NCBI GenBank assembly: GCA_963422365.1
Contig: OY729426.1
Coordinates: 672,001 to 736,000 of the forward strand
Source: Nitrospirales bacterium
GTDB taxonomy: Bacteria > Nitrospirota > Nitrospiria > Nitrospirales > UBA8639
Direction of reading: 5' to 3'
Length of the DNA: 64,000 bases
Part shown: positions 40,610-53,006 of the stretch, in pieces
How positions within the stretch are numbered: the stretch's first letter is position 1
Layout: the number at the start of each line of letters is the position of its first letter
Made by a program: the position numbers and the translations under genes
The notes under the pieces: model-generated
The model's database searches: none
Seen by the model: only the letters and a program-made list of their open reading frames with translations
Told to the model about the DNA's origin: nothing

Positions 40610-41179
40610 CTAGGTTGAGGAAGGGGCGAAGTCATCAAACAAGACCTGAATGTTCTGGGATTGCTCGGGGTTTGATGGTTCAGGAATGGGGCCAAGCCAG
40701 CCCTTGGTGTTGCCTTGGATATAGAGAAATCCTCCGCGGGCTGATTGTTCGAATTGCCGACGAAACGTCTCTTCTTCCTCCAGAGCCTGGTTCCCAGGCT
40801 CTGCGGGGACAAGTGTTGCCAGATACCGATGAAGCGTTTCCGGTTCGGTCCAACGGGGATCGGAAAAAATGTAGAGGACGACTTCTCGATAGAACGTGCT
40901 CGGATCTTCCGGTGTCGTGGGCCGGACTTTCAGAGATCGGAAATCGTGGGTAGTCCTGCCGATTTTTCGGAATCGACGAAGCAGGTTTTCAATTTCCGGA
41001 TCGCTCGTCCACGACGGCACGTGCACAGCCACCACCGCGCCTTCCTGCCCTCCAATACTAAAGGGCGGAATGGTGCGATCGGGTCTGGACAGGAACATGC
41101 CCACGGCAATCAACGTGAAGCCGCCGAGCAACACGGCCAGCCCTATTTTGACGACGGGATCGAATGGCTTTTTCTGCAT
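40610..41179 (-). CDS. hypothetical membrane-anchored protein
   Basis: N-terminal transmembrane segment IGLAVLLGGFTLIAVGMFL; downstream of gyrA. Start uncertain (the ORF is open to 41284). Confidence 0.65.
   Translation of the reverse strand: MQKKPFDPVVKIGLAVLLGGFTLIAVGMFLSRPDRTIPPFSIGGQEGAVVAVHVPSWTSDPEIENLLRRFRKIGRTTHDFRSLKVRPTTPEDPSTFYREVVLYIFSDPRWTEPETLHRYLATLVPAEPGNQALEEEETFRRQFEQSARGGFLYIQGNTKGWLGPIPEPSNPEQSQNIQVLFDDFAPSST
40786..40813. repeat. coding palindromic repeat (LVPAEPGNQ)
   Basis: cctggttcccaggctctgcggggacaag; related copies at 41183-41209 and 46943-46969. Confidence 0.75.
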
Positions 41180-41182
41180 AGA

Positions 41183-41209
41183 CTGGTTCCCCGCTTCCGC
41201 GGGGACAAG
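41183..41209. repeat. palindromic repeat TCCCCGC-TTCC-GCGGGGA
   Basis: ctggttccccgcttccgcggggacaag. Confidence 0.8.
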
Positions 41210-41293
41210 GTTCGAACCCACTTCGGACAGTTGGGGAAGCGAGGGGAACCCGGATGAGGGAAGGACTCTCAACCACAGACACAAATTCCGTTA

Positions 41294-43786
41294 TCAAAAC
41301 CCTTTCGTCTCCGCCGCGTTGCCGGTCCCGTTGGTGCCATTGCTCCCTTCGGCGGCGGTGCTCTCCGCAAGTTTCGCCACATCCACGACTCGGTCGGTGT
41401 CTTCCATATCAATGAGACTCACCCCTTGGGCATTGCGCCCGATATCTCGGAGATCGGCTACTTTGGTTCTGAGAATCTTTCCTTCGGACGTCATGACCAT
41501 GATTTCATCAGATGCCTTCACCTGATGAAATGAAACAGCCAATCCATTTTTCTCGGTGACTTTGATACTGATCACCCCACGCCCCGCCCGACTCTGCGTG
41601 CGGTACTCGGTTGCCAAAGTTCGTTTCCCAAACCCCCGTTCGGTCACGGTCAAGATCGAGGCTTCGATGTTAGGCTGGATGATGGCCATCCCAATCACGT
41701 GATTGGTTTTGCCCAAGCGAATGCCCATGACCCCGCGGGCGGTCCGGCCCATGGGCCGGACATCTCCTTCTCGAAACCGAATGATCAGCCCTTTTCTGGT
41801 TCCTAGCATGATGTCGCTTCGGCCGTCCGTCATTTCAACACCAATGAGCTTATCGCCTTCCTCCAATGTCAGGGCAATGATCCCGCCCTGCCGGGGATTG
41901 CCATAGGCGGATAATTTTGTCTTCTTGATATAGCCCATGCGGGTCGCCATCACGACGTATCGGTCATCGGGGAATTCTCGAACCGGAAGCGTGGTGGTCA
42001 CTCGTTCTTCCGGGCCTAAGGCTAACAGGTTGACCATGGCCTTGCCTTTGCTGGTTCGACTGGCTTCCGGTAGTTCATGAAGTTTGAGCCAATACACTTT
42101 TCCCGCATTGGTAAAGAACAGGATGAAGTCATGCGTCGAGGCCGTCAAAATTGTTTCGACGAAATCTTCTTCCTTCACCCCCATGCCGATCTTGCCTTTT
42201 CCTCCACGGCGTTGCGCTCGGTATTCGGAGACGGGATGGCGTTTAATATAGCCTTCATGGGAAATACTGACCGCCATTTCTTCATCGGCTATCAAATCCT
42301 CAATATTTATCTCCGCTTCTTGCGGAATGATCTGGGTGCGGCGCGCATCTTGATAGGTGGTGTTGAGTGCAATCAGATCGTCCCTGATGACGCGTTTGAC
42401 TAAATCCTCCGACCCCAGAATGGCCTGAAACGACGCAATCTTGGCTTTGAGTTCTTCATACTCTTGCGAGAGTTTCTGTTGTTCGAGTTGTGTCAACCGT
42501 TGGAGCCGCATGTCTAAGATGGCTTGTGCCTGAATCTCTGACAGGGGAAATTGTTGCGTGAGGGCGACCTTGGCTTCGTCGGGCGACGCTGCTCGACGAA
42601 GCAACGCAATCACTGCCTCCACGTGCGTTAACGCAACCTGGAGGCCTTCGACAATATGCGCCCGTTCTTCGGCTTTCCGTAATTCGTAGGCGGTTCGCCG
42701 AATGACCACTTCGCGTCGATGATCGAGAAAGGCCTCCAAGATTTGTTTGAGGGTCAAAATCTCAGGCCGGTTATGCACGAGCGCGAGCATAATGACCCCG
42801 AACGTATTCTGGAGCTGGGTGTGCTTGTACAACTGATTCAAGATGACGAGCGGGAGCTCGCCTTTTTTGAGTTCGATCACGACACGGAGGCCGTCTCGAT
42901 CCGATTCATCTCGAATATCGGAAATACCTTCCAGGCGTTTCTCTTGAACCAACTCGGCAATTTTCTCGAGCAGCTTGGCTTTGTTCACCTGGTACGGAAT
43001 TTCGGTGACGATGATGCTCGTCCGATCCCGCTTCTCATCCGTTTCCATGTGCGTTTTGGCGCGGACGGTCAAGAGCCCTCGCCCGTGTTCATAGGCGTCT
43101 TTGATCCCTTGCGTTCCATAAATAAATCCAGCCGTGGGAAAATCAGGACCTGGAATCAGGTCCATCAATTCCGCAATAGACACTTCAGGGTTGTCGAGGA
43201 TGTGGAGTAACGCGGTGACGACTTCGCCAAGATTATGCGTGGGAATGTTGGTGGCGTAGCCAACGGCGATCCCACCGGCCCCATTGATTAACAGGTTGGG
43301 GACTTTGGCCGGTAACACCAGCGGTTCGACATCTGATTCATCATACGTGGGTCCGAAATCAACCGTTTCCTGATCGATATCCGCCAACATTTCGCCGGCT
43401 AATTTCGTCAGCCGCGCTTCGGTATAGCGCATGGCTGCCGGGGGATCGCCGTCAACCGACCCATAATTCCCTTGGCCGTCTACCAGGGCATAGCGCATGT
43501 TGAAGTCTTGCGCCAGGCGCACCAGTGTATCGTAAATAGCCGAGTCGCCATGCGGATGATAGTTCCCCATGATTTCGCCCACGATCTTGGCTGACTTGCG
43601 GTAGGCTCTGTTATGCGCTAAGCCCATTTGGTTCATGCCATACAAAATACGCCGATGCACGGGCTTCAACCCATCACGGACATCCGGCAAGGCGCGTCCC
43701 ACGATCACGCTCATGGCGTAATCCAAGTACGACAGGCGCATCTCATCTTCGATGGCGACTTGAGTGAAGCGTTCTTCCGTGGGCAT
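41294..43786 (-). CDS. gyrA: DNA gyrase subunit A
   Basis: YAMSVIVGRALPDVRDGLKPVHRR, HPHGDS, AAMRYTE, GyrA box QRRGGKG. Confidence 0.98.
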   Translation of the reverse strand: MPTEERFTQVAIEDEMRLSYLDYAMSVIVGRALPDVRDGLKPVHRRILYGMNQMGLAHNRAYRKSAKIVGEIMGNYHPHGDSAIYDTLVRLAQDFNMRYALVDGQGNYGSVDGDPPAAMRYTEARLTKLAGEMLADIDQETVDFGPTYDESDVEPLVLPAKVPNLLINGAGGIAVGYATNIPTHNLGEVVTALLHILDNPEVSIAELMDLIPGPDFPTAGFIYGTQGIKDAYEHGRGLLTVRAKTHMETDEKRDRTSIIVTEIPYQVNKAKLLEKIAELVQEKRLEGISDIRDESDRDGLRVVIELKKGELPLVILNQLYKHTQLQNTFGVIMLALVHNRPEILTLKQILEAFLDHRREVVIRRTAYELRKAEERAHIVEGLQVALTHVEAVIALLRRAASPDEAKVALTQQFPLSEIQAQAILDMRLQRLTQLEQQKLSQEYEELKAKIASFQAILGSEDLVKRVIRDDLIALNTTYQDARRTQIIPQEAEINIEDLIADEEMAVSISHEGYIKRHPVSEYRAQRRGGKGKIGMGVKEEDFVETILTASTHDFILFFTNAGKVYWLKLHELPEASRTSKGKAMVNLLALGPEERVTTTLPVREFPDDRYVVMATRMGYIKKTKLSAYGNPRQGGIIALTLEEGDKLIGVEMTDGRSDIMLGTRKGLIIRFREGDVRPMGRTARGVMGIRLGKTNHVIGMAIIQPNIEASILTVTERGFGKRTLATEYRTQSRAGRGVISIKVTEKNGLAVSFHQVKASDEIMVMTSEGKILRTKVADLRDIGRNAQGVSLIDMEDTDRVVDVAKLAESTAAEGSNGTNGTGNAAETKGF

Positions 43787-43823
43787 ATGGGGTTGGGAGG
43801 GTTCGATCTGGGTTGACGGTTGC

Positions 43824-46364
<2,541 letters not shown>

Positions 46365-46375
46365 CTAAGGGTGCA

Positions 46376-47527
46376 TTAAACTTTGACGGGCATCACGACG
46401 GTTTGAAACAAAGGGGAATCAAGCTCTCGAATCAAACAAGGGCTAAGGGGCGCCTCCATATTGAGAACCACCATTTCGCTTTCAATGACGCCTAACACTT
46501 CGAGAAGATAGCGTGCATTAAACCCAGCGGAAAATTCCTCACCGTGAAAACTGGCGAGAATATCTTCTTTCGCTTCCCCCATGTCCGGATGACTGGAAAA
46601 GAGCGTGATGGCTTTCTTTGAAAAAGTCAGTTTGACCGCAGAGGTCTTATCCTGAGACAGGACCGATACGCGTCGCAGGGCCCCTTCGAGTTCATCCCGA
46701 TTCACCGTTATTCCTTTGTTGCTCACCCGGGGAATGACCTGTTGGTAGTTGGGGTAATTTCCTTCCATCAGCCGAGAGGTCAGGACCAGCCCGCTTTTTC
46801 TGAAGATCAACATGTTTTTGGTAAAACCGATCATCGGCTCATCCCCACCTTCTTCTAACAATCGTCGAATTTCAGCTGCCGCTTTTTTCGGGACAATCAC
46901 CTTGACTTCTTGATCAAGGGCTTTTATCGGGGATCCGGAACCCTGGCTCCCCGCTTCCGCGGGGACGAGTTTCTGGTCCGCCATCGCTAACCGATGCCCG
47001 TCGGTCCCCACTAATCGAATAAGCGGTTCCCCGCCTGAAGTCGTGACAATAATTAACAACCCATTGAGCACATAACGCGTATCGTTATCGCCCACTGCAA
47101 ACAGTGTCTTTCGAATGAGCTGCAGTAAGCCCATACCGGGTAATGGTATGAGGTCTTCTCGCTCAATGGACGGCAACGGCGGAAAATCTTTACTGGTAAG
47201 CCCCACGACGTTAAATTGACCGCGGCCGGCCTGAATAGTGACCAGACAATTGTCCGTCACCGTCATGACAATTTCCGAGTCTTTGATTTCTTTGAGAATT
47301 TCATAGAGTTTTCTTGCAGAGAACGTCACCGACCCGGGTTCTTCGACCGTTGCTTTATAGAGCCCCCGCATGCCGAGTTCCAAATCCGTCGCGACAATCT
47401 CCAGCCCTTCGGGTCTGGCCTCCAATAAGACATTGGCCAAACTCGGCATAGTATTTCGTTTTTCCACTATTCCCTGAACGCGATGGAGGGCTGTCAATAG
47501 TTCGTCTCGTGCCATCGTCACTCGCAT
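46376..47527 (-). CDS. dnaN: DNA polymerase III beta clamp
   Basis: ATDLE, RYVLNG, GTDGHRL, GNYPNYQQVIP, FNARYL, VVMPV. Confidence 0.97.
   Translation of the reverse strand: MRVTMARDELLTALHRVQGIVEKRNTMPSLANVLLEARPEGLEIVATDLELGMRGLYKATVEEPGSVTFSARKLYEILKEIKDSEIVMTVTDNCLVTIQAGRGQFNVVGLTSKDFPPLPSIEREDLIPLPGMGLLQLIRKTLFAVGDNDTRYVLNGLLIIVTTSGGEPLIRLVGTDGHRLAMADQKLVPAEAGSQGSGSPIKALDQEVKVIVPKKAAAEIRRLLEEGGDEPMIGFTKNMLIFRKSGLVLTSRLMEGNYPNYQQVIPRVSNKGITVNRDELEGALRRVSVLSQDKTSAVKLTFSKKAITLFSSHPDMGEAKEDILASFHGEEFSAGFNARYLLEVLGVIESEMVVLNMEAPLSPCLIRELDSPLFQTVVMPVKV
46943..46969. repeat. palindromic repeat inserted in-frame in dnaN
   Basis: ctggctccccgcttccgcggggacgag, encoding LVPAEAGSQ on the minus strand. 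Confidence 0.8.
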
Positions 47528-47543
47528 GAGAGGCTCCCTTCTG

Positions 47544-48917
47544 TTAGGCCTTACCGATTTCGTCTTTCAGACTTTCCACCGTCGTACGTAAGGAGTGGTC
47601 TTTTTCTAGGGTTTTTTCTATTTGGCGACAGGCATGGATGATAGTTGTATGGTCTTTTCCCCCGAACTCACGCCCAATTTCTGGGAAAGAGGCGGCTGTG
47701 AGTTCTCGGGACAGGTACATGGCAATTTGCCGAGGATGGACCACTGTTTTGGTTCGTCGCTTCGATTTCAACTCTGAGACTTTGACTTGAAACCGCTTGG
47801 CAACGACATCTTGCACATCTTCTAAGGTGATCACTTTTTTTTGACTCCCCAATAAATCACGAAGAATATTTTTCGCCATGTCTATAGTAATGGTTTGGCC
47901 GATCAGCGTGCAGTACGCCCCCAACCGGATCAAGGCACCTTCCAATTCACGGATGTTGCTTTTTAACCTGTCAGCGAGAAGGTGAATCACCTCATCTTCA
48001 ATGGCGATGCCTTCTTCTTCTGATTTTTTTCTCAGGATCGCGATACGAGTTTCGACATCAGGAGGTTGAAGATCGGCTATCAAGCCCCACTCAAATCGTG
48101 ATCGCAATCGTTCTTCCATGGAGGGCATTTCTTTGGGAAACCGGTCACTGGATAGGACAATTTGTTTTCTTGCCTCATACAACGCATTAAATGTGTGGAA
48201 AAATTCTTCCTGGGTCCGCTCTTTTCCTGCGAGGAATTGAATATCATCAATAAGAAGCATATCGATAGTACGATAGCGCCTTCGAAGTTCCATCATCTTA
48301 TCGAATCGAATCGAATTTATGACTTCATTTGTGAATTGCTCTGTTGTTATATAAGCAATCCGAATCTCCTCCTTCTGTATGACAAAATTTCCAATCGAAT
48401 TGAGGAGGTGTGTTTTTCCTAATCCCACCCCCCCGTATATAAAGAACGGATTGTAGGCATGAGCTGGCGCTTCGGCAACAGCTAGACTCGCAGCATGAGC
48501 AAACTGGTTGCTTGCTCCGACCACAAAACTCTTAAAGGTATATTTGGGATTCGGTAATTGCCTACGAACTTGCCTTTGATTGCGAGCATCCGGAGGTTTA
48601 TCTGTTTTCTCTTCTTGCACAGGAGAGAGAGAAGTCGGTTGTTCGCCTACAACAAACTCGACTTCGACCCCTCCTTCTCCCATACCAACTGGCCGAACTG
48701 TTTGCAAGGCTTCGCTAATAACCTGACGATAATTTCGGCCTAACCATTCCCCGAAAAAATTATTAGGGACGATGATGGTGGCGTTTATCCCATTAAACCC
48801 CCCCAACTTTGTCGGTTGAAACCAGGTTTCTACTACTTCATTCCCCATTTGGGACTGGATAAAACCCAAGGCCTTTTCCCAAATACTCGACCCCTTCGAG
48901 TCGCTCTTTTTCACCAT
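47544..48917 (-). CDS. dnaA: chromosomal replication initiator DnaA
   Basis: YNPFFIYGGVGLGKTHL, LIDDIQF, QEEFFHTFN, RLRSRFEWG, GGKDHTT. Confidence 0.98.
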   Translation of the reverse strand: MVKKSDSKGSSIWEKALGFIQSQMGNEVVETWFQPTKLGGFNGINATIIVPNNFFGEWLGRNYRQVISEALQTVRPVGMGEGGVEVEFVVGEQPTSLSPVQEEKTDKPPDARNQRQVRRQLPNPKYTFKSFVVGASNQFAHAASLAVAEAPAHAYNPFFIYGGVGLGKTHLLNSIGNFVIQKEEIRIAYITTEQFTNEVINSIRFDKMMELRRRYRTIDMLLIDDIQFLAGKERTQEEFFHTFNALYEARKQIVLSSDRFPKEMPSMEERLRSRFEWGLIADLQPPDVETRIAILRKKSEEEGIAIEDEVIHLLADRLKSNIRELEGALIRLGAYCTLIGQTITIDMAKNILRDLLGSQKKVITLEDVQDVVAKRFQVKVSELKSKRRTKTVVHPRQIAMYLSRELTAASFPEIGREFGGKDHTTIIHACRQIEKTLEKDHSLRTTVESLKDEIGKA

Positions 48918-49130
48918 AGTTACTCACAATCTTATCAACATCTGTTGACAACTATCTATTTTAAGGGAAGGTTCCACTTTTTCATTGATACTCTCTAAAT
49001 AATCAACACTTTCCCCCTATATTTCTCACAATATTTTGACTCATGATCCTGTTGCTTTTCCACATACTCGCTATTATTTTTTATTAACAAAATCATTAAG
49101 ATATACACAATCCTTCTCATTCACAGCTAC
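48918..49130. other. candidate oriC / DnaA-box cluster
   Basis: AT-rich region upstream of dnaA with about 9 imperfect TTATNCACA-like 9-mers (48920, 48932, 48943 reverse, 49000, 49022, 49056, 49081, 49101, 49117). Gene orientation diverges nearby. Confidence 0.7.
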
Positions 49131-49165
49131 TTCTACTCTTACTTCCGTTTCTCCTATTTTCTTGT

Positions 49166-49429
49166 TTAAGAAGAGGAAATAATAGTATCCGCCTCAAAAA
49201 TCATTTTCAGCATATCAGGATAATGAATAGACGGATATACAAGGGTACCCTCTTTTTCGCCCTTTCCCCCATCAAGTAGATAACACGGAAAGGGAAGGGG
49301 TTTCTCAAAGGCAGGATTGCTCTGAAGAAATACCCCTTGTACCGAGTAGTCGGAAAAATTACAGGCAGCGATGATGTTCTCCATGGAGGATTCAGTTCTT
49401 GGCGATAAAAAAAAGAGAACTTTTCTCAT
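49166..49429 (-). CDS. small DsrH/TusB-like hypothetical protein
   Basis: 87 aa. C-terminal SIHYPDMLKMIFEADTII pattern; directly follows the DsrE-like gene. Confidence 0.5.
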   Translation of the reverse strand: MRKVLFFLSPRTESSMENIIAACNFSDYSVQGVFLQSNPAFEKPLPFPCYLLDGGKGEKEGTLVYPSIHYPDMLKMIFEADTIISSS

Positions 49430-49439
49430 AGGCTGTATC

Positions 49440-49784
49440 TCAAAACACCAACACGCGGTCAGCTTGGCAAAGCAAGGACGTTATTTCTAATCGTGGAACT
49501 TCTTGAATGGCAAATTCTTGATCCAAAGAAAAAATCTCTGAGCTTCCCTCTGGAACCACTAGGGTAAGTTGAAGTTCTTGAATAACAGGAAGATGTCTTT
49601 CTAGGATTTCCCCATCAACAACATCACTCGTTTCTTCACTCAATAACATTCTAGCTTGTCCAAGAAGAATAACCGTTAACGATGAAGCACCGGTTGACAA
49701 ACCGAGAGCGATACGAAGCCCTTCAGTTGGACGATGCGTTTCCAGAGGATTGCTCTGAATTAACACCAGTATCGAAGGTGCCAT
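49440..49784 (-). CDS. DsrE/DsrF-like protein
   Basis: ILVLIQSNP..THR..EGLRIALGL...LTVILLG.A...ADRVLVF. Confidence 0.7.
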   Translation of the reverse strand: MAPSILVLIQSNPLETHRPTEGLRIALGLSTGASSLTVILLGQARMLLSEETSDVVDGEILERHLPVIQELQLTLVVPEGSSEIFSLDQEFAIQEVPRLEITSLLCQADRVLVF

Positions 49785-50014
49785 AATGAAAAAAGAAGTA
49801 AATAGACCGTCACTCTACGCAGAGTACGCAGAGCAAAACGTGTGAGTTGGGCGATTGAAAATTTTCAAAAATCTCCTCTTTGTGCATGAGGCACAGACCC
49901 TCAATCTCGAGACTAAAAAAAAATCAAAAATCGACGTTATTACAAGTACCATTACTTATTGAAAAATAAAGAAAAAATCGTATTCCTACTCAACGAAAAA
50001 GTCAATAAATATTT

Positions 50015-51289
50015 CTACGTGCTTACCGAAAGTTGAGGCAATTTGAGGCGTGTCAAAATAGCGGAAGACGCGGTGTCCAAGGGGTATAATTGCTGCTCTT
50101 TGGTAGCCATATTTCTCAAGATTATCTGGTTGTTTGTCACCTCATCGTCTCCGAGAATTATGACATAAGGCGCCCTCAGCCGGTCTGCAGAGCGAAGGAG
50201 GGTTTTTAAGGTAGAGGCATTGTAATCAGTATCTGCCTTGACTTGCTTTAGGCGAAGGGAATCTAGAAGGGATAAGCCTGCGGGCCGCCCTTTTTCCCCA
50301 AACGATGCAACAAAAATCCATAATTCCGGTGATGGCAGAATTGCTTCAGGAAGGGCGAGTATCACCCTGTCAAGGCCTATGGCAAAGCCGACCGCTGGCG
50401 TGGGAGTTCCTCCTAACGTTTGAAATAAACCATCATATCGTCCTCCGGCACCAATGGCATTTTGGGCCCCGAGCGCGGAGCATGAGACCTCAAAGGTCGT
50501 CATGGAATAATAGTCTAATCCCCTGACGAGCCGGGGATTAATGGAATAAGGAATGGCTAATGCTTGTAACCCATGGACCACCTGGTCAAAGTGTTGTTTG
50601 GAGAGTGGAGAAAGAAAATCTGTTAAGGGAGGAATCTCTTTCGTGGCTTCACGACAGTGGGCGACTTTACAATCCAAGGTTCGAAGGGGGTTTGCGTCCA
50701 TTCGTCTCTGGCAATTGTCGCAAAGGAGGGCACTCTTTGTCTTAAGAAAGGCAACCAATTCCTTTTTATACATTTGGCGGTCTGTCGGGACTCCCAGGGA
50801 ATTGAGATCCAACAAGAGGCCTGGCAACTGAAGGGCTGAAAAATATCTCCAGAGTATCGTAATGATCTCGACATCGGCAGAGGGGTCAGAACTGCCAATA
50901 AATTCGACTCCAAACTGATGAAATTGCCGTAAACGACCAGCTTGAGGTCGTTCATGGCGAAACATCGGTCCAATGTAATAGAGTTTTCTCGATGAATGGT
51001 GGGTCTTCAGCCCCTGTTCGATAAACGCGCGAACGACACCTGCGGTTCCTTCGGGGCGAAGTGTTAAAGAGGTTCCATCCTTGTCAGGGAACGTATACAT
51101 TTCCTTTTCAACAATATCGGTGGTGCCCCCGATACTCTGAATATAGAGTTCTGTTTTTTCAAAAACAGGAATCCGGATTTCATGAAATCCAAAGGAGTGA
51201 GCCAACGCGTGCGCAGTTTGTTCCACCACGCCCCACTTGGGCATTTGGTCCGGGGTAATATCCTTAATGCCTTTAATGCCTCGAATCAT
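50015..51289 (-). CDS. hisS: histidine--tRNA ligase
   Basis: KEMYTF.D, LRPEGTAG, FRHERPQAGRLRQFHQ, LVRGLDYY, GGRYDGL. Confidence 0.98.
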   Translation of the reverse strand: MIRGIKGIKDITPDQMPKWGVVEQTAHALAHSFGFHEIRIPVFEKTELYIQSIGGTTDIVEKEMYTFPDKDGTSLTLRPEGTAGVVRAFIEQGLKTHHSSRKLYYIGPMFRHERPQAGRLRQFHQFGVEFIGSSDPSADVEIITILWRYFSALQLPGLLLDLNSLGVPTDRQMYKKELVAFLKTKSALLCDNCQRRMDANPLRTLDCKVAHCREATKEIPPLTDFLSPLSKQHFDQVVHGLQALAIPYSINPRLVRGLDYYSMTTFEVSCSALGAQNAIGAGGRYDGLFQTLGGTPTPAVGFAIGLDRVILALPEAILPSPELWIFVASFGEKGRPAGLSLLDSLRLKQVKADTDYNASTLKTLLRSADRLRAPYVIILGDDEVTNNQIILRNMATKEQQLYPLDTASSAILTRLKLPQLSVST

Positions 51290-51446
51290 GGTTGCGGTCC
51301 TTATGGTTGTTGGACTTTACGGTTGGCTCTTTTATAGCCTAATCATACCCCATTGCAATCAAGAATCCATAGCGTCACGCTTGATTGACACATCCGTAAC
51401 AATCCTATGCTCGTTTTACACACGAAAAATACAGACAAAGAATCCC

Positions 51447-52070
51447 ATGCCCAAACCAGACAGTCTCATCAGCCCTATCTCGATTGACCTCGGGGCAAAA
51501 AACACCGTCGTGTATGTTGCCCATTATCCTGCGGGAGTTTGCCTTCCGATGACAGGTTCGAGAAACAAGGCAAGGTCTATCAGCTTGAAAAAGACAATTA
51601 CACGCTGCTGATGGGAGGCTGCACCGCCAGCCGTCACGAACGGCGCGGGTTTGACCGGCGGCAGAGGGTCAAACGCCTGTTCGGGTTAATCTGGCGAGAG
51701 CATTTCAATCTCCGTTGGGATGACACCATTCAGCCGCGTATCGGCTTTCTGTTGAATCATAGAGGCAGAACTTGGAGCGCTAGAACTTTGACAGTTAGTT
51801 GACTGAGTGGGCTAACGATGTCGAGGGAAGCACAAACCTTTGGTTAGACGCTATTGATAAAGAGCCAAAACGAATCCGTAACCGGCTCGTGTTCATTGTC
51901 CAGAGCAAGAAGTTGAAGGAGTATTGCATCCAACGAAAAACCGGCCCCAAAAATCCTAAAGAGAACACAGCGAATTTGTCACGGTTGTCCAACTGAAATT
52001 TCAGATCAGCAACCTTTGAGTTAGACAAGGTAGACTGGCTTCACAAGTATAACGGATTGCCTGGCAACTG
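51447..52070 (+). pseudogene. cas9: type II-B Cas9 (Csx12-like) N-terminal fragment
   Basis: ISPISIDLGAKNT (RuvC-I), then a frameshift near 51540 into GKVYQLEKDNYTLLM...TASRHERRGFDRRQRVKRLF.LIW.....L.WD......IGFLLN.RG (bridge helix). This is colinear with the Francisella novicida Cas9 N-terminus as I recall it. 3' limit uncertain. Confidence 0.85.
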
Positions 52071-52146
52071 AAACAGATTTGACAGTCAAGACATAGGGGA
52101 ATTATAATCGTTCCTTTACGCCTGTGTCGAAAAGAGGTTCTTTACC

Positions 52147-52293
52147 ATGTCCATGACATATCGACAACCGTCGAATCTTAAAAGAAAACGTGACCATGGG
52201 TTTCGAAAGCGAATGAGCACCAAAAACGGGAGAAAAGTGCTTGCCCGCCGTCGCCGAAAAGGCCGCTATCGTCTTACCGTATCCGATGAGTGA
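52147..52293 (+). CDS. rpmH: 50S ribosomal protein L34
   Basis: Manual translation [48 protein letters not shown]; below the ORF-track length cutoff. Confidence 0.96.
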   Translation: MSMTYRQPSNLKRKRDHGFRKRMSTKNGRKVLARRRRKGRYRLTVSDE

Positions 52294-52666
52294 CGTCCCC
52301 TCACGGTGCAGGCCGTTATTCTTGAAAAAAAAAGAGGACTTCGAGCGAGTAAAACGGGAAGGTAAGCGCATTACGACGCGGTTCTTTAATGTGGTTTCCT
52401 ATACGTCTTGTCTCGGGAATACCCGGGTTGGAATCGTGATTGGGCGTCGGTTTGGCAAAGCGGTTTTGCGGAACAGAGGGAAACGCATTTTTCGAGAATT
52501 GGTAAGGCAAACATCCCAGCGTCTTTTGAAAGGTCATGACATTATTATCTTTCCCAAACGATCAGTGCTGACGCTCAACCATCAAGACCTCTACGAAGCA
52601 TGGATCACCACCCTTATCAGCCAGGGGCTCATGGTTTCCCATGAACTTTTCTCATGCGCAAAATAG
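52286..52666 (+). CDS. rnpA: ribonuclease P protein component
   Basis: [35 protein letters not shown]. Confidence 0.92.
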   Translation: MSDVPSRCRPLFLKKKEDFERVKREGKRITTRFFNVVSYTSCLGNTRVGIVIGRRFGKAVLRNRGKRIFRELVRQTSQRLLKGHDIIIFPKRSVLTLNHQDLYEAWITTLISQGLMVSHELFSCAK

Positions 52667-52863
52667 TGTTGTGGCTCATTGTCGTCTACCAAAAAATCCT
52701 GTCTCCGTATTTGGCCCCCCATTGCCGCTTTGCCCCAACCTGCTCACACTACACCAGTGAAGCGATCACCCGTCATGGCCTTCTTCGAGGAGTGTTTTTA
52801 GGGGGGTGTCGGCTTCTGAAGTGCCATCCCTTCCATCCTGGCGGGGTCGACCCCGTTCCCTAA
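52654..52863 (+). CDS. yidD: membrane protein insertion efficiency factor
   Basis: [27 protein letters not shown]. Confidence 0.95.
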   Translation: MRKIVLWLIVVYQKILSPYLAPHCRFAPTCSHYTSEAITRHGLLRGVFLGGCRLLKCHPFHPGGVDPVP

Positions 52864-53006
52864 GCGGATGCCAAGAGGGGCTTTCAACGAATTTCAGATT
52901 AACGATTTGCAGATGGTTGATGTCACGGGACGGGATGTCCGAGTTTCTCGTGTATCGTGAAGTAACCTGCGCAACAAAGGCAACAGAGTAAAGGGCTTTC
53001 GGTTTT

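Noticed and set aside
49810..49835. cgcagagtacgcagag short tandem motif
   Set aside because: A single short occurrence, insufficient to call a repeat family.
51290..52146. CRISPR array or tracrRNA near the Cas9 fragment
   Set aside because: No regularly spaced direct repeats seen here or elsewhere in the window.
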